In this document: piece after piece, positions 43,901-54,937 of the stretch | Numbering within the stretch: the stretch's first letter is position 1 | How the letters are laid out: every line of letters begins with the position of its first letter | Source: Thecamonas trahens ATCC 50062 | Lineage: Eukaryota > Protista > Apusomonadida | Assembly (NCBI RefSeq): GCF_000142905.1 | Contig: NW_013657623.1 | Span: forward strand, 191,175 to 255,174 | Direction: 5' to 3' | DNA length: 64,000 bases | Notes under the pieces: model-generated | What the model was told of the DNA's origin: nothing | Seen by the model: the letters and a program-made list of their open reading frames with translations, nothing else | Database searches by the model: none | Program-made: the position numbers and the translations under genes

Positions 43901-45941
43901 ACCGGACCGGAAGGCCGAGGTAGGCAGCGATCTTGCGTGGAAGGTAGGTGTTGAGCAGGTGCTTGCGGGTCCTGCGGGAGATGGGGACAAGGCTAGACGG
44001 CAAGAGATCGGCCGCGGATACAAAGGTAAGGTCTGCGGTGGTAGCGGCCAACGATGCGGTGGCACTCGGTCCAGGCTCGAAGAATGCCCGATCCGAGGCG
44101 GCGAGCATGGCCAAAGAGGCGTCCCAGGCCAGCCCGAGCCAGGACTCGAGGTCATCGACCGGGGCCGAGGCGAGCGATGCACAGAGGAGATCAAAGCCGC
44201 GAATGGCATCGCCCTTGATGTAGGCGGCAACCATGGTCTCGGATGGAGCAAGGGCTGAGGCGCGGCCTGCTGCAAGCGCCGCGCGCATGTTGGCCTTTGC
44301 GCTGCCAATGCGTGGCGAGACGGCGGCAGCCCAGGCGATCCAGGCAGCATTAAGAGCGGCGAGACGGGAAGCTGCAAGGGCAAAGAAACGCTCGAGCACC
44401 GCGCGCTGCCTGGCACGCTCTGCGGTGTCGAGATGACTGCGGCGCAAGAGGCTGGCCAGGAGAGCAAGGGTATCGTCGGGTGCGTGAGCGGCGTCGATGG
44501 CCGAGGCCCAGAGGGCGGCAGCCGGCGCGCCGATGAGGGTCGGGCGGAGCTTGAGCAGCTCGGCAAGGAGCAAGCACGGCTTGCCGCCGCCGCGCTTGGC
44601 AGCACGCGCGAGGGCGACGTACCACTCGGTTTTGATCTTATACAGCGCCGCGCGAGTACCGGTGCCGATGGTGAGGACACCGCCTTCGGTGCCGACAAGC
44701 GGGGCGAGAGCATCGATGACGCCGGAAAGACCACCCAAGGAGCGAACGGTAGCATCATCCATGAGCAGCTGGGTAATCGGAAGGTTGTAGCTCGCAGCCA
44801 GGTCCTCGAGCCATTCTCGATCCATGTAGCCGCCGGAAACGTTGTCTCGCGCGGCAAGGAGGACGAGGGCGGCGGTAGAGGGCGGGTGGGCGATGACGCC
44901 CGGCGAGCCAGCGCACCACTCGAAGAGCAGGGTCACACCGTGGACAGCAGCAGCATGAAGAGCGGCGGCATCATAGCCGGGCACAGCGGCGGCATGGGCG
45001 GCAACGGTCAGCGAAGGCAGGCCGCGGGTGGCCCAGACGACAGTCGAGCCGAGAACGATGGGCGAGGCGAGCGAGCCGTCGAGCTTTTCGGAGACCAGGA
45101 CTGGGAGGCCGTCAGCGAGGGCACGGGCGACGGCGTCGGCGACAAGGTCAAAAGCGGTTTCTGCGAGCTCGTCGATGTTGAAGAACTTGTGGAAGCGGCG
45201 GGCGAGGACGGCGCCAGAGCGGGCGTCGACGATGAGGCCGCGAGCCTCGCGGCGGGCGGCCCGGCGCCAGGCCTCGGCTGCGCGCTCGCTTCGCTTGCAG
45301 CCAGTGAGATCATCAAGCGGTGGGAAGGCATCGGCCATTGATGCCACGTTCTTGTAGTCGTAGGCGATGTAGGCAGCGTCGGGCGCGACGTCGATCTCGC
45401 GAGTGACGAAGCAGTCTGCGCCGGCAAGCGCTGCAGCCATTCGGCTCCGTACGTCGCCTTCAAGGCTGGGGTAGGCGCCCGAGAGAGCGTACGGCTCCAA
45501 TGCTGAAAGAGGAGGAAGCGAAGTGGCGAGGCAGCTCTTGGGTTTGGGATCGGGGTTGGCGACGGGCGACGGGTTGGCGATGGGAGACGGCAGCGGGTTG
45601 GTAGCGGCCAGCGGCGGAAGCGGGAGATCAAGCGAGCGGGCATGGGCGAGGTGACTTGATGTCGAGTGCATAAAGTCGGCGCCGTTGGCAGAGACGCACA
45701 CGAGTGAGCCATCGACGAGGACGGCGTCAAGGTGACGCTGCGGCGAATCGGAGAAGAGCTCGTCACCCGAGTCGAAAAGAAAGATGCGAACCGAGGCCGC
45801 CGCCCGTGCCGGAAGCTTGAGCTTGGAGATGGCAGCCTTGACGAGGGCGGGCCAAAGCGGAGGAATAACGACGGTCGAGCATGCCACGCCGCGGTTCTTT
45901 CCGGCGTTGCGGCAGAAGGAGATCCGTCGGCGAGAGGCCAT
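40994..45941 (-). CDS. Multidomain RNA repair protein (~1649 aa): KHA-like, Rnl1-type RNA ligase, HAD nucleotidase, degenerate 3'-5' exonuclease, 2H phosphoesterase, R3H, P-loop polynucleotide kinase; two apparent -1 frameshifts (~43520 and ~43113)
   Basis: Ligase: EARGL, RRFHKFFN, EKLDGS, FEW, EGGV, YKIKTEWY. HAD: FCDLDGVLADF and LIDD..W..RGG.F.H. Exo-like: DWCARPL. 2H: HITL/HLTL. R3H: QRKIIHELAE. Kinase: RGLPGTGKST, SAD.YF, VIVDNT, RGVHN.P. Confidence 0.85.
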
Positions 45942-46264
45942 GGGTGGAAGAGGAGTGGTGTGAGATGATGATGTGGTGGGGAGAGGGTGGGGCGGGTGGA
46001 AGGGTGACGGGTGGCGGGTGACGGGTGGGGGGATATATTTTATACAATTTTATCTCAAGCACCGAGACGGGGGAGAACCACGACCTTTTTCGGTCGAGTG
46101 GGCAAAGTGGTGAATGGGCGCGACATCTCGCAAGAGAGCGCCAGACAGGGGGAGCGTGGGTGGGGCGAGGGCGGAGGGGGGAGGGGGACGGGGGAAAGGC
46201 ACACACCTGACTCGCAGGAGCAGTGGGTGTAGAGGAGGCGTGGCGTGCGGAGGGGCCAAAGGAG

Positions 46265-49200
46265 ATGAACGTTGCGCAGAGCGTGCTGTGTGTGCTGGAC
46301 CCGCAGACGGAGGAGGCGGTGCGACGGGCGGGCGAGGCGAGCATCGAAGCGGCGCGGAGTGAGGCGGGGCCATGCCTCGCTGCCGGACGGGCACTCCTTG
46401 GCGACCACCCGGTCGGAGGCGACGGTGAGCTGGCGCTGACTGTTGGCGGTATCGACTTTTACATCCGGGCCCTCCGCAGCCATTGGGGCATGTACCCGGG
46501 CGAGGTCCAGGCCGAGATGACCAGAGAGGTTCTCGGGCTGGCGGCGGCGACGGCGGCGGCGCGTAGCGGCGATGGGCACGTGCCGGCGGTGGTGGAGGAA
46601 AAGGTGGCGGACGCGCTGGTTGCTGTCTCGCTGAGGCATGGCGTGGAGAGCGTGATCAGCGATGTGGCCGAGCTGGCGACCGGCAATGACTGCGCCTCGC
46701 CGCTCGGCTTCCTCGCACTCCGCTCGCTCTCGGAGGCTGCGCTCGGAGTCGGGACTGCTGGCTCTGGGCGCGGGTGGGTGGAGCCTCCGCCGCGGCGGGC
46801 GGTGATGGACGCGATGGTGAGTGCGGCCGAGCCGCTGGCGTCGATGCTTGTGGAGGCGACGAGCAGCGTGGCGAGCAACGCGGCGCACAGCGCGCGGCGC
46901 GAGGTGGTCAAGGCCGGGCTGCAGGCCATGGCGTCGGTGGCCGAGTGGGCGCCGCTGCCGATCCTGTTTGAAGCCAACTTTCTTGGCCTCGCGGCGTCGC
47001 TCCTCGCCGAGCCTGCTGTGGCGGAGCACACGCGGGCGGTGCTGGAGAACATGCTTGTGCGGCGGCGGACGCTGCGGCTGGCTGAGCAGGTGCCGTATCT
47101 GGCCATGCTCGAGTGCCTCGAAGCGTTTGGCGGGGCAGTGGACGGGAGCCGCGGCGTCGAGTCGCACGCCGAGGCTTCGCACGCGCGCGGGGTGGCCGAG
47201 GTCCTTGTTGATCTCGGGACGCTCATGCTCGAGTTTGTGGCGAGCGAGCGGCCACCAGAGGGGCTCGACAGCGCGTTTGGTCCGTTTCTGGAGGTCATGG
47301 TGGTAGCTTCGGCGCATCCTGCTGTGAGCGTCTCGACCGAGGTGCTTCCGTTCTGGTGTGAGGTTGTGGCGTCGCGTGTGGTGCCCAAGGCGACGGACGA
47401 GCTTGCGAGGTCAGACCTGTACGCGACGCTGTGGCACATTGCAGCAGCGCGGGTGCGCAAGGTCGGCGATCCGGAGCTGGATGAGGGCGCGTTTGGCGAG
47501 GCGTCGCGGGCTGTCGGGCTGACGACGGCGGAGTGGACGGTTGCCGCCGGGCGGCAGCGGTCGCTGGCGCTGCGGATGGTGCGCGAGCTGACGCGGATGC
47601 ACCGGCCGGGCGCGGTGGCGTTTGTGGCGACGTTTGTGCGGGAGACGCTGCGCGGGTTAGGCGAGGACGGATACGGGGCGTCGCCGGACGCGAGCTTTGC
47701 GTCGACCTGGTCACCTGTGTTTGTCACGTTTGAGGCGCTCTCGCTGCTTGTGGCGTCGGTCATCGACGAGGTAGCACAGGTCCCGGCGTGGCTCGCCAAC
47801 GCGCCGACCGAGTCGCTTGCGGACCAGGCGGCCGAGACGGCGGCGGCGCGAAAGGCGGCGCTGCTGCCGGACGGGGTCAACCGGTTCGACGAGCTGTACG
47901 AGGCCAAAGGTGAGCTTCTCGGCGAGCTTGACGGCATGCTCGAGATGCTTCTGCAGCTCGAGCTGGGCGAGCTCGGGGCGCCGACGGCGGATCCAGGACT
48001 GATGTCGCGGCATGTGCACATGCTGGTGGCCTTTGCGCCGTTCCTCCGTGAGTTCCCTGACCGGCTCTCGGCAGTGCTGGGCGTCCTGCTCTCGTACGTG
48101 GCGCTCGACGGCGAGAGCGGCAAGGCTGCGCTTGCGGCTGCAGGGCTAAGTGACGGCGCGGTGGCGCGGTACGGCGAGTCGCTCCGGGCTGCTTCGAAGA
48201 AAGCCTCGTCGTCGCTCATTAAGCTCGCGTCGAGTCTCGGGCCTGTGCTTGCGGAAGCGCTGCCTGGCCTGTTGGAGGCATACCAGGAGCTGCAGGTGCG
48301 GGGGCGCTGTCGTCGATGGTGCGGATGCTGCTGGTGGAGGCACTGCTTGTGATGACCTCGCACGTGCCGGACGAAGCGACCAAGGGTGCGCTGCTGGAGC
48401 AAGTACTTGCGCCTGTGACCTCAACACTCGACATCGACGGGATCATTGTGCCGGGGCTGAGCTCGGGCAGGTCGCTTGTGGCGGCGATCGGGCTCGACGG
48501 GAGCGGACTCGACGAGGCGGGTGGGATGCTGTTCAGCGAGGCACACGGGAGCTTTCGGTCGCAGCTATGGGCGTTTGTGCACCTCGCGGCGGCGGTGGTC
48601 AAGCACGGGTCTGTGGGCACGCTTGTGGCGCACCTTGTGGCGTCGTACCTCGAGGGCCTGATGGCGTTTCTGGCGGCGGTCCACGGGGTGTGGGACGAGC
48701 GGGCGCGGGTGCCGGCGCCGTACGACGCGGTGCTGGGCGTTGGTCCGCCGTCGGCGCGGTACCCGGAGCTGGGCGAGGCCGAGTCCGAGCTGGTGTCGCT
48801 GCGGGGCATGCTTGGCTCTGCACGGCGGCAGGCGTACGAGGCGCTGGCGACGGCGTTCTCGCTACACGGCGGGCGGTACCTGGCGAGCGTGGCGTTGCCA
48901 TCCGAGGTGCTGGAGCGGTGCGTGCTGGCCTCGCTCGGCGCACTCTCAGTCCAGCACATCAAGCCGCTGCTGGACGGGTTTGTCTGCCCGATGTTGGGCT
49001 CTGTCAGCGATGCGGTGCTCGACGAGCTGTGTGGGTCGAATGCACTAGTGGCGCTTCTCGCAAGCCTGCACAGCGTGCTTGCTGCCGGGTGGGTGACAGC
49101 GGCAGAGGGCGGGTCGGGCGCGGCGGACGTGGTCGAGGTTGCCGAGGCGCGGGCGCTGTGCGACGGGACGCGGGCGCTGGCGCACTTTCTGGGGCGGGTG

Positions 49201-49944
49201 GCAGTGGTGGCCGGCGCAGGCCTCACCCGCGCCAACGGGTACGGCATGCACGCGCTCAGCGGCTCGGACCGCTCCAGCAGCTCGGAACCGGTCGACGCCG
49301 AGGCTGTGGCGCAGAAGCTGCGGGCGTCGCTGCCGCCGCTGACGGCGCGGCTGCTTTTCACGTCCGAAGCGCTGCTCTCTGCTGTGGCTGGCAGCGCACT
49401 GGCGCTGATGTCGTGGGGCGACGTGCCGAGCATTGCCGAGGCTGCCGATGTGTGCCTGCGGCTTGTGCCGCTGCTGGCGACGCACTCGGAGCTTGGTGCG
49501 GCGTTGGTGGGGACCGAGATGCTCACCGGGGCCATCCAAGCGCTGGCCAACGGCGTCGACGCCAATGCCGAGGGCCTCCTCGTCAATGTCGTGGCCAACG
49601 CATACATGGCGGTCGGCCCGGTAGCTCCGGACCGTGTCCGCTCGGTTGTCGTCCAGATCCCGGGCATGGACGATGCCGGCGTCGTGGCCTTTGAGGAGAC
49701 GCTCCTGGCCACGCGATCGGAGAAGCACCTCCGACGGCTCGTCCGCCAGCTCCTGTCGCCCATCCTCGGCATCAACAACGCGTTTGGGCGGAGCGGGAGC
49801 GCCGGAGCTCCGCGGCGGGATCGCAGCGAGCGCAACGAGCGCAAGCAGGCCGCGTTTGTTGTCTCCAAGCCCCGGCGCGGTGGCGACGACGACAGAGGCG
49901 ACGACGTGTCGGTCGGCGACTCGCTGCGTGCGCTCTTTGGGTAA
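46265..49944 (+). CDS. XPO5: Exportin-5/Msn5-like karyopherin (~1226 aa); one apparent frameshift in the G-run at 48300-48304
   Basis: HEAT/ARM-like helical protein. N-terminal LDP.T....R and C-terminal SEKHLRRLVRQLLSPILG...LRALFG resemble XPO5. One extra G joins QVRG|ALSSMVRMLLVEAL. Confidence 0.7.
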
Positions 49945-50285
49945 ATATGTGCGATCTGCAGCTGAGCTCGGGATGTGTGGCTGTGACGAATGTTGGAGAT
50001 GGGGACGCGGGCGTGAGGTAAATTTCCAGCAAGTGAAGAGGGGGGGAGAGAGAAACAGATATGGATGTGTTTTGATGTGTGTGTGTATGTGTGTGTGTGT
50101 GTGTGCGGAGGGGGGGAAGGAGGGGGGGGGAGGGAGTCCGGAAAGGAGAGATTGGTGGGGCGGGATGTGAGAGTAAATTTTTGACCCGGCATAGGATGAT
50201 GATGAGTGGAAGAGCATGTTCGCCACTCGGTTGGCCAACGACGACGACAGACGCAACTCTTGGGCAGCTCATGGCTTGCGGACGT

Positions 50286-50930
50286 ATGGGAACGAGAAGG
50301 GTGCTTGTGACTATGGCGATGTTGATGGCAGTGTGTGCCACAGCGGTGACGGCGACGGCGAGCAGTGGCGACGACAACGACGGTGGGTTGTTTGCGGCGG
50401 GGAGCTTTGCCATGAACGGACGCGAGGTGCTGCTGAGCTCGTACGCCGGCTCGCCAGTGCTTGTGGTCAACGTGGCGTCCGAATGCGGACTGACCGAATA
50501 CATGTACACGCGGCTGGTCCGTCTTGCGCGTGCGGCGCCGCAGCTGAGGATCATCGGCTTTCCATCGAACGAGTTTGGCGGGCAGGAGCCGCGGAGCTCA
50601 TCCGCGATTCGTGCAGAGATGGCGGCGGCGTACCGAGTCACCTTTCCTCTTGCGGACAAGATCGAGGTCAATGGGGCACGGGCGCATCCGGTGTTCAAGT
50701 GGCTGGTGGCCGAGTCGGGCGGGGAGGACATTGCGTGGAACTTTACGGTCTTTCTCGTCAACGGCGACGGGAGACTCGAGGGCCGGTTCGAGCCGGGTGA
50801 GCCGTTTGAGGCCATTGAGGCGGCGGTGGCCGGCATGATGGCCGAGGCTCGCCGGAAGCGGTGGGAGGCCGACGGCGGGCCGCGGCACACCGGAGCCGAC
50901 CTTCCAGTCGGGCACGGTGATGAGCTGTGA
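50286..50930 (+). CDS. Cys-type glutathione peroxidase, ER-luminal GPx7/8-like
   Basis: Signal peptide, VVNVASECG, GFPSNEFGGQEP, WNF.VFLV..DG, C-terminal GDEL. Confidence 0.92.
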   Translation: MGTRRVLVTMAMLMAVCATAVTATASSGDDNDGGLFAAGSFAMNGREVLLSSYAGSPVLVVNVASECGLTEYMYTRLVRLARAAPQLRIIGFPSNEFGGQEPRSSSAIRAEMAAAYRVTFPLADKIEVNGARAHPVFKWLVAESGGEDIAWNFTVFLVNGDGRLEGRFEPGEPFEAIEAAVAGMMAEARRKRWEADGGPRHTGADLPVGHGDEL

Positions 50931-50939
50931 GGCGCGCCA

Positions 50940-52646
50940 TCAGTGGGCAAGGCGCGGAAAGATGGCGGCGACGGCGACGGCGGCAGCCGGCGTGTCGTAC
51001 CCGTCGTTGCCCGAGAGGTCGAGGGCAGTGAGTGAAGCAGCGAGCGGCGAGCCTGCAAGACCGGCAAACGCGACGGCCGGGTCGGGATGGAGTGCGTTGT
51101 TGGCGAGGTTGAGCGAGGCGAGGACCGGAAGGTCGGCGAGGTGTGTGCCGAGCTCGCGGAGGCCACACGACGAGAGATCGAGGGCGGTGGCCGAGACAAA
51201 AGCCTCTGCACCGGCAAGGCAGCGCAGCGGGTTGCCAGAAAAGTCGAGGGCGGTGGCGGAGGCGAGGGCGTGTGTCCGCGGGCCAAGGGCGACCAGTCCG
51301 GCGGCAGGAAGAGCAAACGAGAGCGATGCGGAGTCATGATCGGCGAGTGCGGCGTCGAGGGTACGGCGCGAGAGCGCGTCGCGGTAAAAACCGGCGCGAT
51401 AGGGATCGACGTCGAGGAGGCAAGTGTAGAGGGTGTCGAGGACGGGCGAGGCCGGATCGAGAGCTTCAAGAATGAAGGCCTTGGTGAGGAGCGCCCACTT
51501 TGCATCGGGCTCGAGGTCGAGAAGCTCGTCGCAGGCGGCAAGCTCGCGGGCGAGCAGGTCGGAACGGGCAGCAGCAGCGGCAGCGAGCTGGGCGTCGAGC
51601 TCGAGCACGACGGTGGCCGGTCCCGGCAGCTCGAGCTCGGCGTTCATGGCGACGCCGTCGATCAGCGGCGAACCGTCCTTGGCGGCGATGCCCGGCCCAG
51701 TGTTGACGGCGACCGAGAGTGTGGCGGGCGACGCGTCGAGAGTAGCGAGCCAGACCGGCGACAAGCCGCCGGCGAGGCGGCCCGAGTGGGCGGGGCGCCA
51801 GCGCAGCGGCGGGGATGTGGGCGGGAGTGGGGCGACGGTGACGTTTGTAGGCGCGACGCCGGCGACCGGGACGGAGAAGACGAGCGCGAGGATGGGTGCC
51901 GGGCCTGGGAGGGCAATGACGGCGGTGAGGCGCGGTGGGGCGGCGGATCGGCCGAGGAGCCAGCGGTGGTAGAGCCAGGCGGACTGGTCGTCGGGCTCTG
52001 TGTAAAAGGCCGACTGGACGAGCTCAAACTCTGTGGTGGCAAAGGACGAGTCCGAGGCGGCAAAGTCCGGGCCGTGGATGCGCGGCAGGAGGTGTGAGCG
52101 GTAGTGCCAGGCCGAGTAGTTTGAGAAGTTTGCGTTGATGCGGTCGAGGGTGTAGTCGAGCTCGTCGGCGTCGGGCACGGCGGCGGTGCCAGCGATGTAG
52201 CGGCGGTAGTTCCAGCAGTGGAAGTTGCGATCGTCGGCGTCGAGCATGAGGCCGCAGAGGCGGAGCTCCTCGGCAAAGTCGGGCGTGTAGCCGTCCATCT
52301 CCATGACCCACACCCTGTGATGCCAGAGCCAGTACGACTTTGGGTTCGACCGCAGGCAACGGGCGGTAAAGGCGAGCTCGACGGCGGCAGTGTCGGCCGG
52401 CTCGGCCCGCCCGTCGGCCATGCGGGCCATCAGCATCTCCCTCCGGTAGTTCCACAGCGAGTACAGGTCCGAGTTCATCTCCAGCGCCCGGGTCACTGTC
52501 TCGAGCGCCGCCTCATCGTTCGACCCTGCCTGTCTGCTCTCCATGGCCTTGGCCACGCATGCCCGGTACGCCTTGACCCGCGCCGCCACCTTGGCCGCCC
52601 GGGCCGCCTCGAGCGCCGCGGGCGTCTTCTTCTTCAGTCGTCCGTG
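50940..52646 (-). CDS. RABGGTA: Rab geranylgeranyltransferase alpha subunit (PPTA repeats, Ig-like insert, LRR); initiator exon probably in or near the gap
   Basis: cag|HGRLKK start; NPKSYWLWHHR, DDRNFHCWNYR, NFSNYSAWHYR, YTEPDDQSAWLYHRWL, VDPYRAGFY; LDFSGN/LNLANN LRRs. Confidence 0.93.
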   Translation of the reverse strand, partial: HGRLKKKTPAALEAARAAKVAARVKAYRACVAKAMESRQAGSNDEAALETVTRALEMNSDLYSLWNYRREMLMARMADGRAEPADTAAVELAFTARCLRSNPKSYWLWHHRVWVMEMDGYTPDFAEELRLCGLMLDADDRNFHCWNYRRYIAGTAAVPDADELDYTLDRINANFSNYSAWHYRSHLLPRIHGPDFAASDSSFATTEFELVQSAFYTEPDDQSAWLYHRWLLGRSAAPPRLTAVIALPGPAPILALVFSVPVAGVAPTNVTVAPLPPTSPPLRWRPAHSGRLAGGLSPVWLATLDASPATLSVAVNTGPGIAAKDGSPLIDGVAMNAELELPGPATVVLELDAQLAAAAAARSDLLARELAACDELLDLEPDAKWALLTKAFILEALDPASPVLDTLYTCLLDVDPYRAGFYRDALSRRTLDAALADHDSASLSFALPAAGLVALGPRTHALASATALDFSGNPLRCLAGAEAFVSATALDLSSCGLRELGTHLADLPVLASLNLANNALHPDPAVAFAGLAGSPLAASLTALDLSGNDGYDTPAAAVAVAAIFPRLAH

Positions 52647-52668
52647 CTGCGGCAGGTGACGGAGGGTG

Positions 52669-52858
52669 NNNNNNNNNNNNNNNNNNNNNNNNNNNNNNNN
52701 NNNNNNNNNNNNNNNNNNNNNNNNNNNNNNNNNNNNNNNNNNNNNNNNNNNNNNNNNNNNNNNNNNNNNNNNNNNNNNNNNNNNNNNNNNNNNNNNNNNN
52801 NNNNNNNNNNNNNNNNNNNNNNNNNNNNNNNNNNNNNNNNNNNNNNNNNNNNNNNNNN
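52669..52858. other. Assembly gap (190 N), followed by (TG)n at 52861-52950
   Basis: Run of N. Confidence 1.
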
Positions 52859-52877
52859 AGTGTAAGTGTATGTATGT

Positions 52878-52951
<74 letters not shown>

Positions 52952-53154
52952 CTGGGCGTGGTGCCGTGATTCGGCAGCGACGGGGACAGTGGTGGGGACA
53001 ATGGTAGAGATGGTGGCACGGACTCATGTGATTATGGTGCCTCGGGGTATTGATGGCGATCAAAGGAGCGATGAGCACAATTATCGCATATGTTTGTCTG
53101 TATGCCCGTGTGGACGTCCATACCCATGTTTATGCAGATGCTGATACAAGCATA

Positions 53155-53245
53155 CAATCATTCGTTTGTGCAATTGTTCAATCGTTCGTTCCATCGTTCG
53201 TTCGTTCGTTCAATCGTTCGTTCAATCGTTCGTTCAATCGTTCGT
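53155..53245 (-). repeat. Degenerate (CGTT)n, i.e. (AACG)n, tract in the RABGGTA/CAF1 divergent intergenic region
   Basis: tcgttcgttcgttcaatcgttcgttcaat... Confidence 0.9.
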
Positions 53246-53314
53246 GCCCTCCTGCCATTGGCCCATTCGCCATAGTTGGCACACTCCCCTCCCCTTTCGC
53301 GCCACGCGGCCACC

Positions 53315-54660
53315 ATGGCGGCCCGCGGGACTCCTGTACCACCCACACAAGCGGTGACCATCACCGAAGTGTGGGAGGACAACCTCGAAGAAGCATTCAT
53401 CGACATCAGAGAGCTGGTCGACAAGTTCCCCTACATTGCCATGGTACGTCATGGCCACACGCCGGGCGCGACCAGCGGGCCAGGAGCCCCCCGTCGCCGC
53501 CGCATAGCTACCGAGCCGCCGGCTGACGGGGGAGGGAACGGAGAGTCATGCAGGGAGGGCAGAGCGAGAGAGAAGAGGACAGCCGATATGGTAGCCGTGG
53601 TGTGTGGGCAAGGGCTTGTGCGGTGGCGTGTGTAGGGGCAGGGAGCGTGCGGCGACATTGGTGGGTCGGCCCGTACTGAGCGCGTTCCTTTTTTGGTCAG
53701 TGGCGCGCGCCCGCCGCCAGCCGGCAGTGTTGGACAAAGCTCACGGCAGGCACGGGATGTGGGCATGGGTGGGTGTGGACGGTTGACGGCGGTGGTGACG
53801 ACGGCGACGGGCGAGAGTAGGACACCGAGTTTCCCGGAGTTGTGGCGCGGCCAATGGGCCACTTCAAGTCGACGGCCGACTACCACTTCCAGACGCTGCG
53901 GAGCAACGTGGACCTGCTCAACATCATCCAGCTGGGCATCACCTTTGCGGACGAGCGCGGACACATCCCGGCGTGGATGCCGACGTGGCAGTTCAACTTT
54001 AAGTTTTCGCTCGGCGAGGACATGTACGCGCAGGACTCGATCGACCTGCTCACGCGGTCGGGCATCCAGTTCAAGGCGCACGAGGACCGCGGCGTGGACC
54101 CGCACGCGTTTGCCGAGCTGCTCATGTCGTCGGGCCTTGTCCTCATGGACTCGGTACAGTGGATCTCGTTCCACTCGGGCTACGACTTTGGCTACCTGCT
54201 CAAGCTGCTGACCTGTGCGCCACTGCCGTCGCACGAGGACGCCTTCTTTGAGCTCCTTTCGTTGTACTTTCCCAACATCTTTGACATCAAGTTTGTGGCC
54301 CGGTCCATTGGCAAGGCCAAGGGCGGCCTGCAGGACCTCGCCGAGGAGCTGCACGTCACCCGTATCGGGCCGCAGCACCAGGCAGGCTCGGACTCGCTCC
54401 TCACCCTCAACACTTTCTTCCGCCTCCGCGAGACCTACTTTGGCACCGGCTGGGATCCGAGCCCCTACGTCGGCCGCATTTACGGCATCTCCACCTACTC
54501 CCAACGCATGGCAGACGTCGAGAACCACAAGGCCAACAAGGGCGCTCCCGCCCGCCAGCCCGTCCAGCACCTGCCCGCTCACTCGGGCGCCGGCGCCGGC
54601 CGCACCCACAAGTCCTCGGGCAGTAGCAAGAAGCGCCAGAATTCGCGTCGCCGCGGCTGA
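53315..54660 (+). CDS. CAF1: CCR4-NOT deadenylase CAF1/POP2 (CNOT7/8); exons 53315-53443 and 53821-54660
   Basis: EVWEDNL...YIAM|DTEFPG joined by intron 53444(GTACGT)-53820(TAG). FHSGYDFGY, IGPQHQAGSDSLLT. Confidence 0.96.
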
Positions 54661-54937
54661 GCTGCGATTGAACGCAAGTCCTCCCCCTTCCCCACCGCTT
54701 GTTCTTGTCCCCAGCCATCCCCCATGTCCATCGCCAAGGTCACGTGCTCCACGTGGTGCCACACTCCAGCGGCAACCAGCACCAGCACGTGCGACCAACG
54801 CCATCGACTCAATAGAAGGAGAGCCGCGTCAAAGCCACGGCGACAGGCACGACACCAGCGACCACCACACTCTCTCACTCCCCCCTCCCCTACCACCACC
54901 TCACCCCACCGTCCACACCGCCCACTGCCTGCCTGCC

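Noticed and set aside
48296-48320. Small intron or C-insertion editing explaining the exportin frame break
   Set aside because: No nearby acceptor that preserves the continuous protein; one extra G in the G5 run suffices.
50478-50492. Possible selenocysteine in the GPx
   Set aside because: The active-site codon is TGC (Cys), not TGA.
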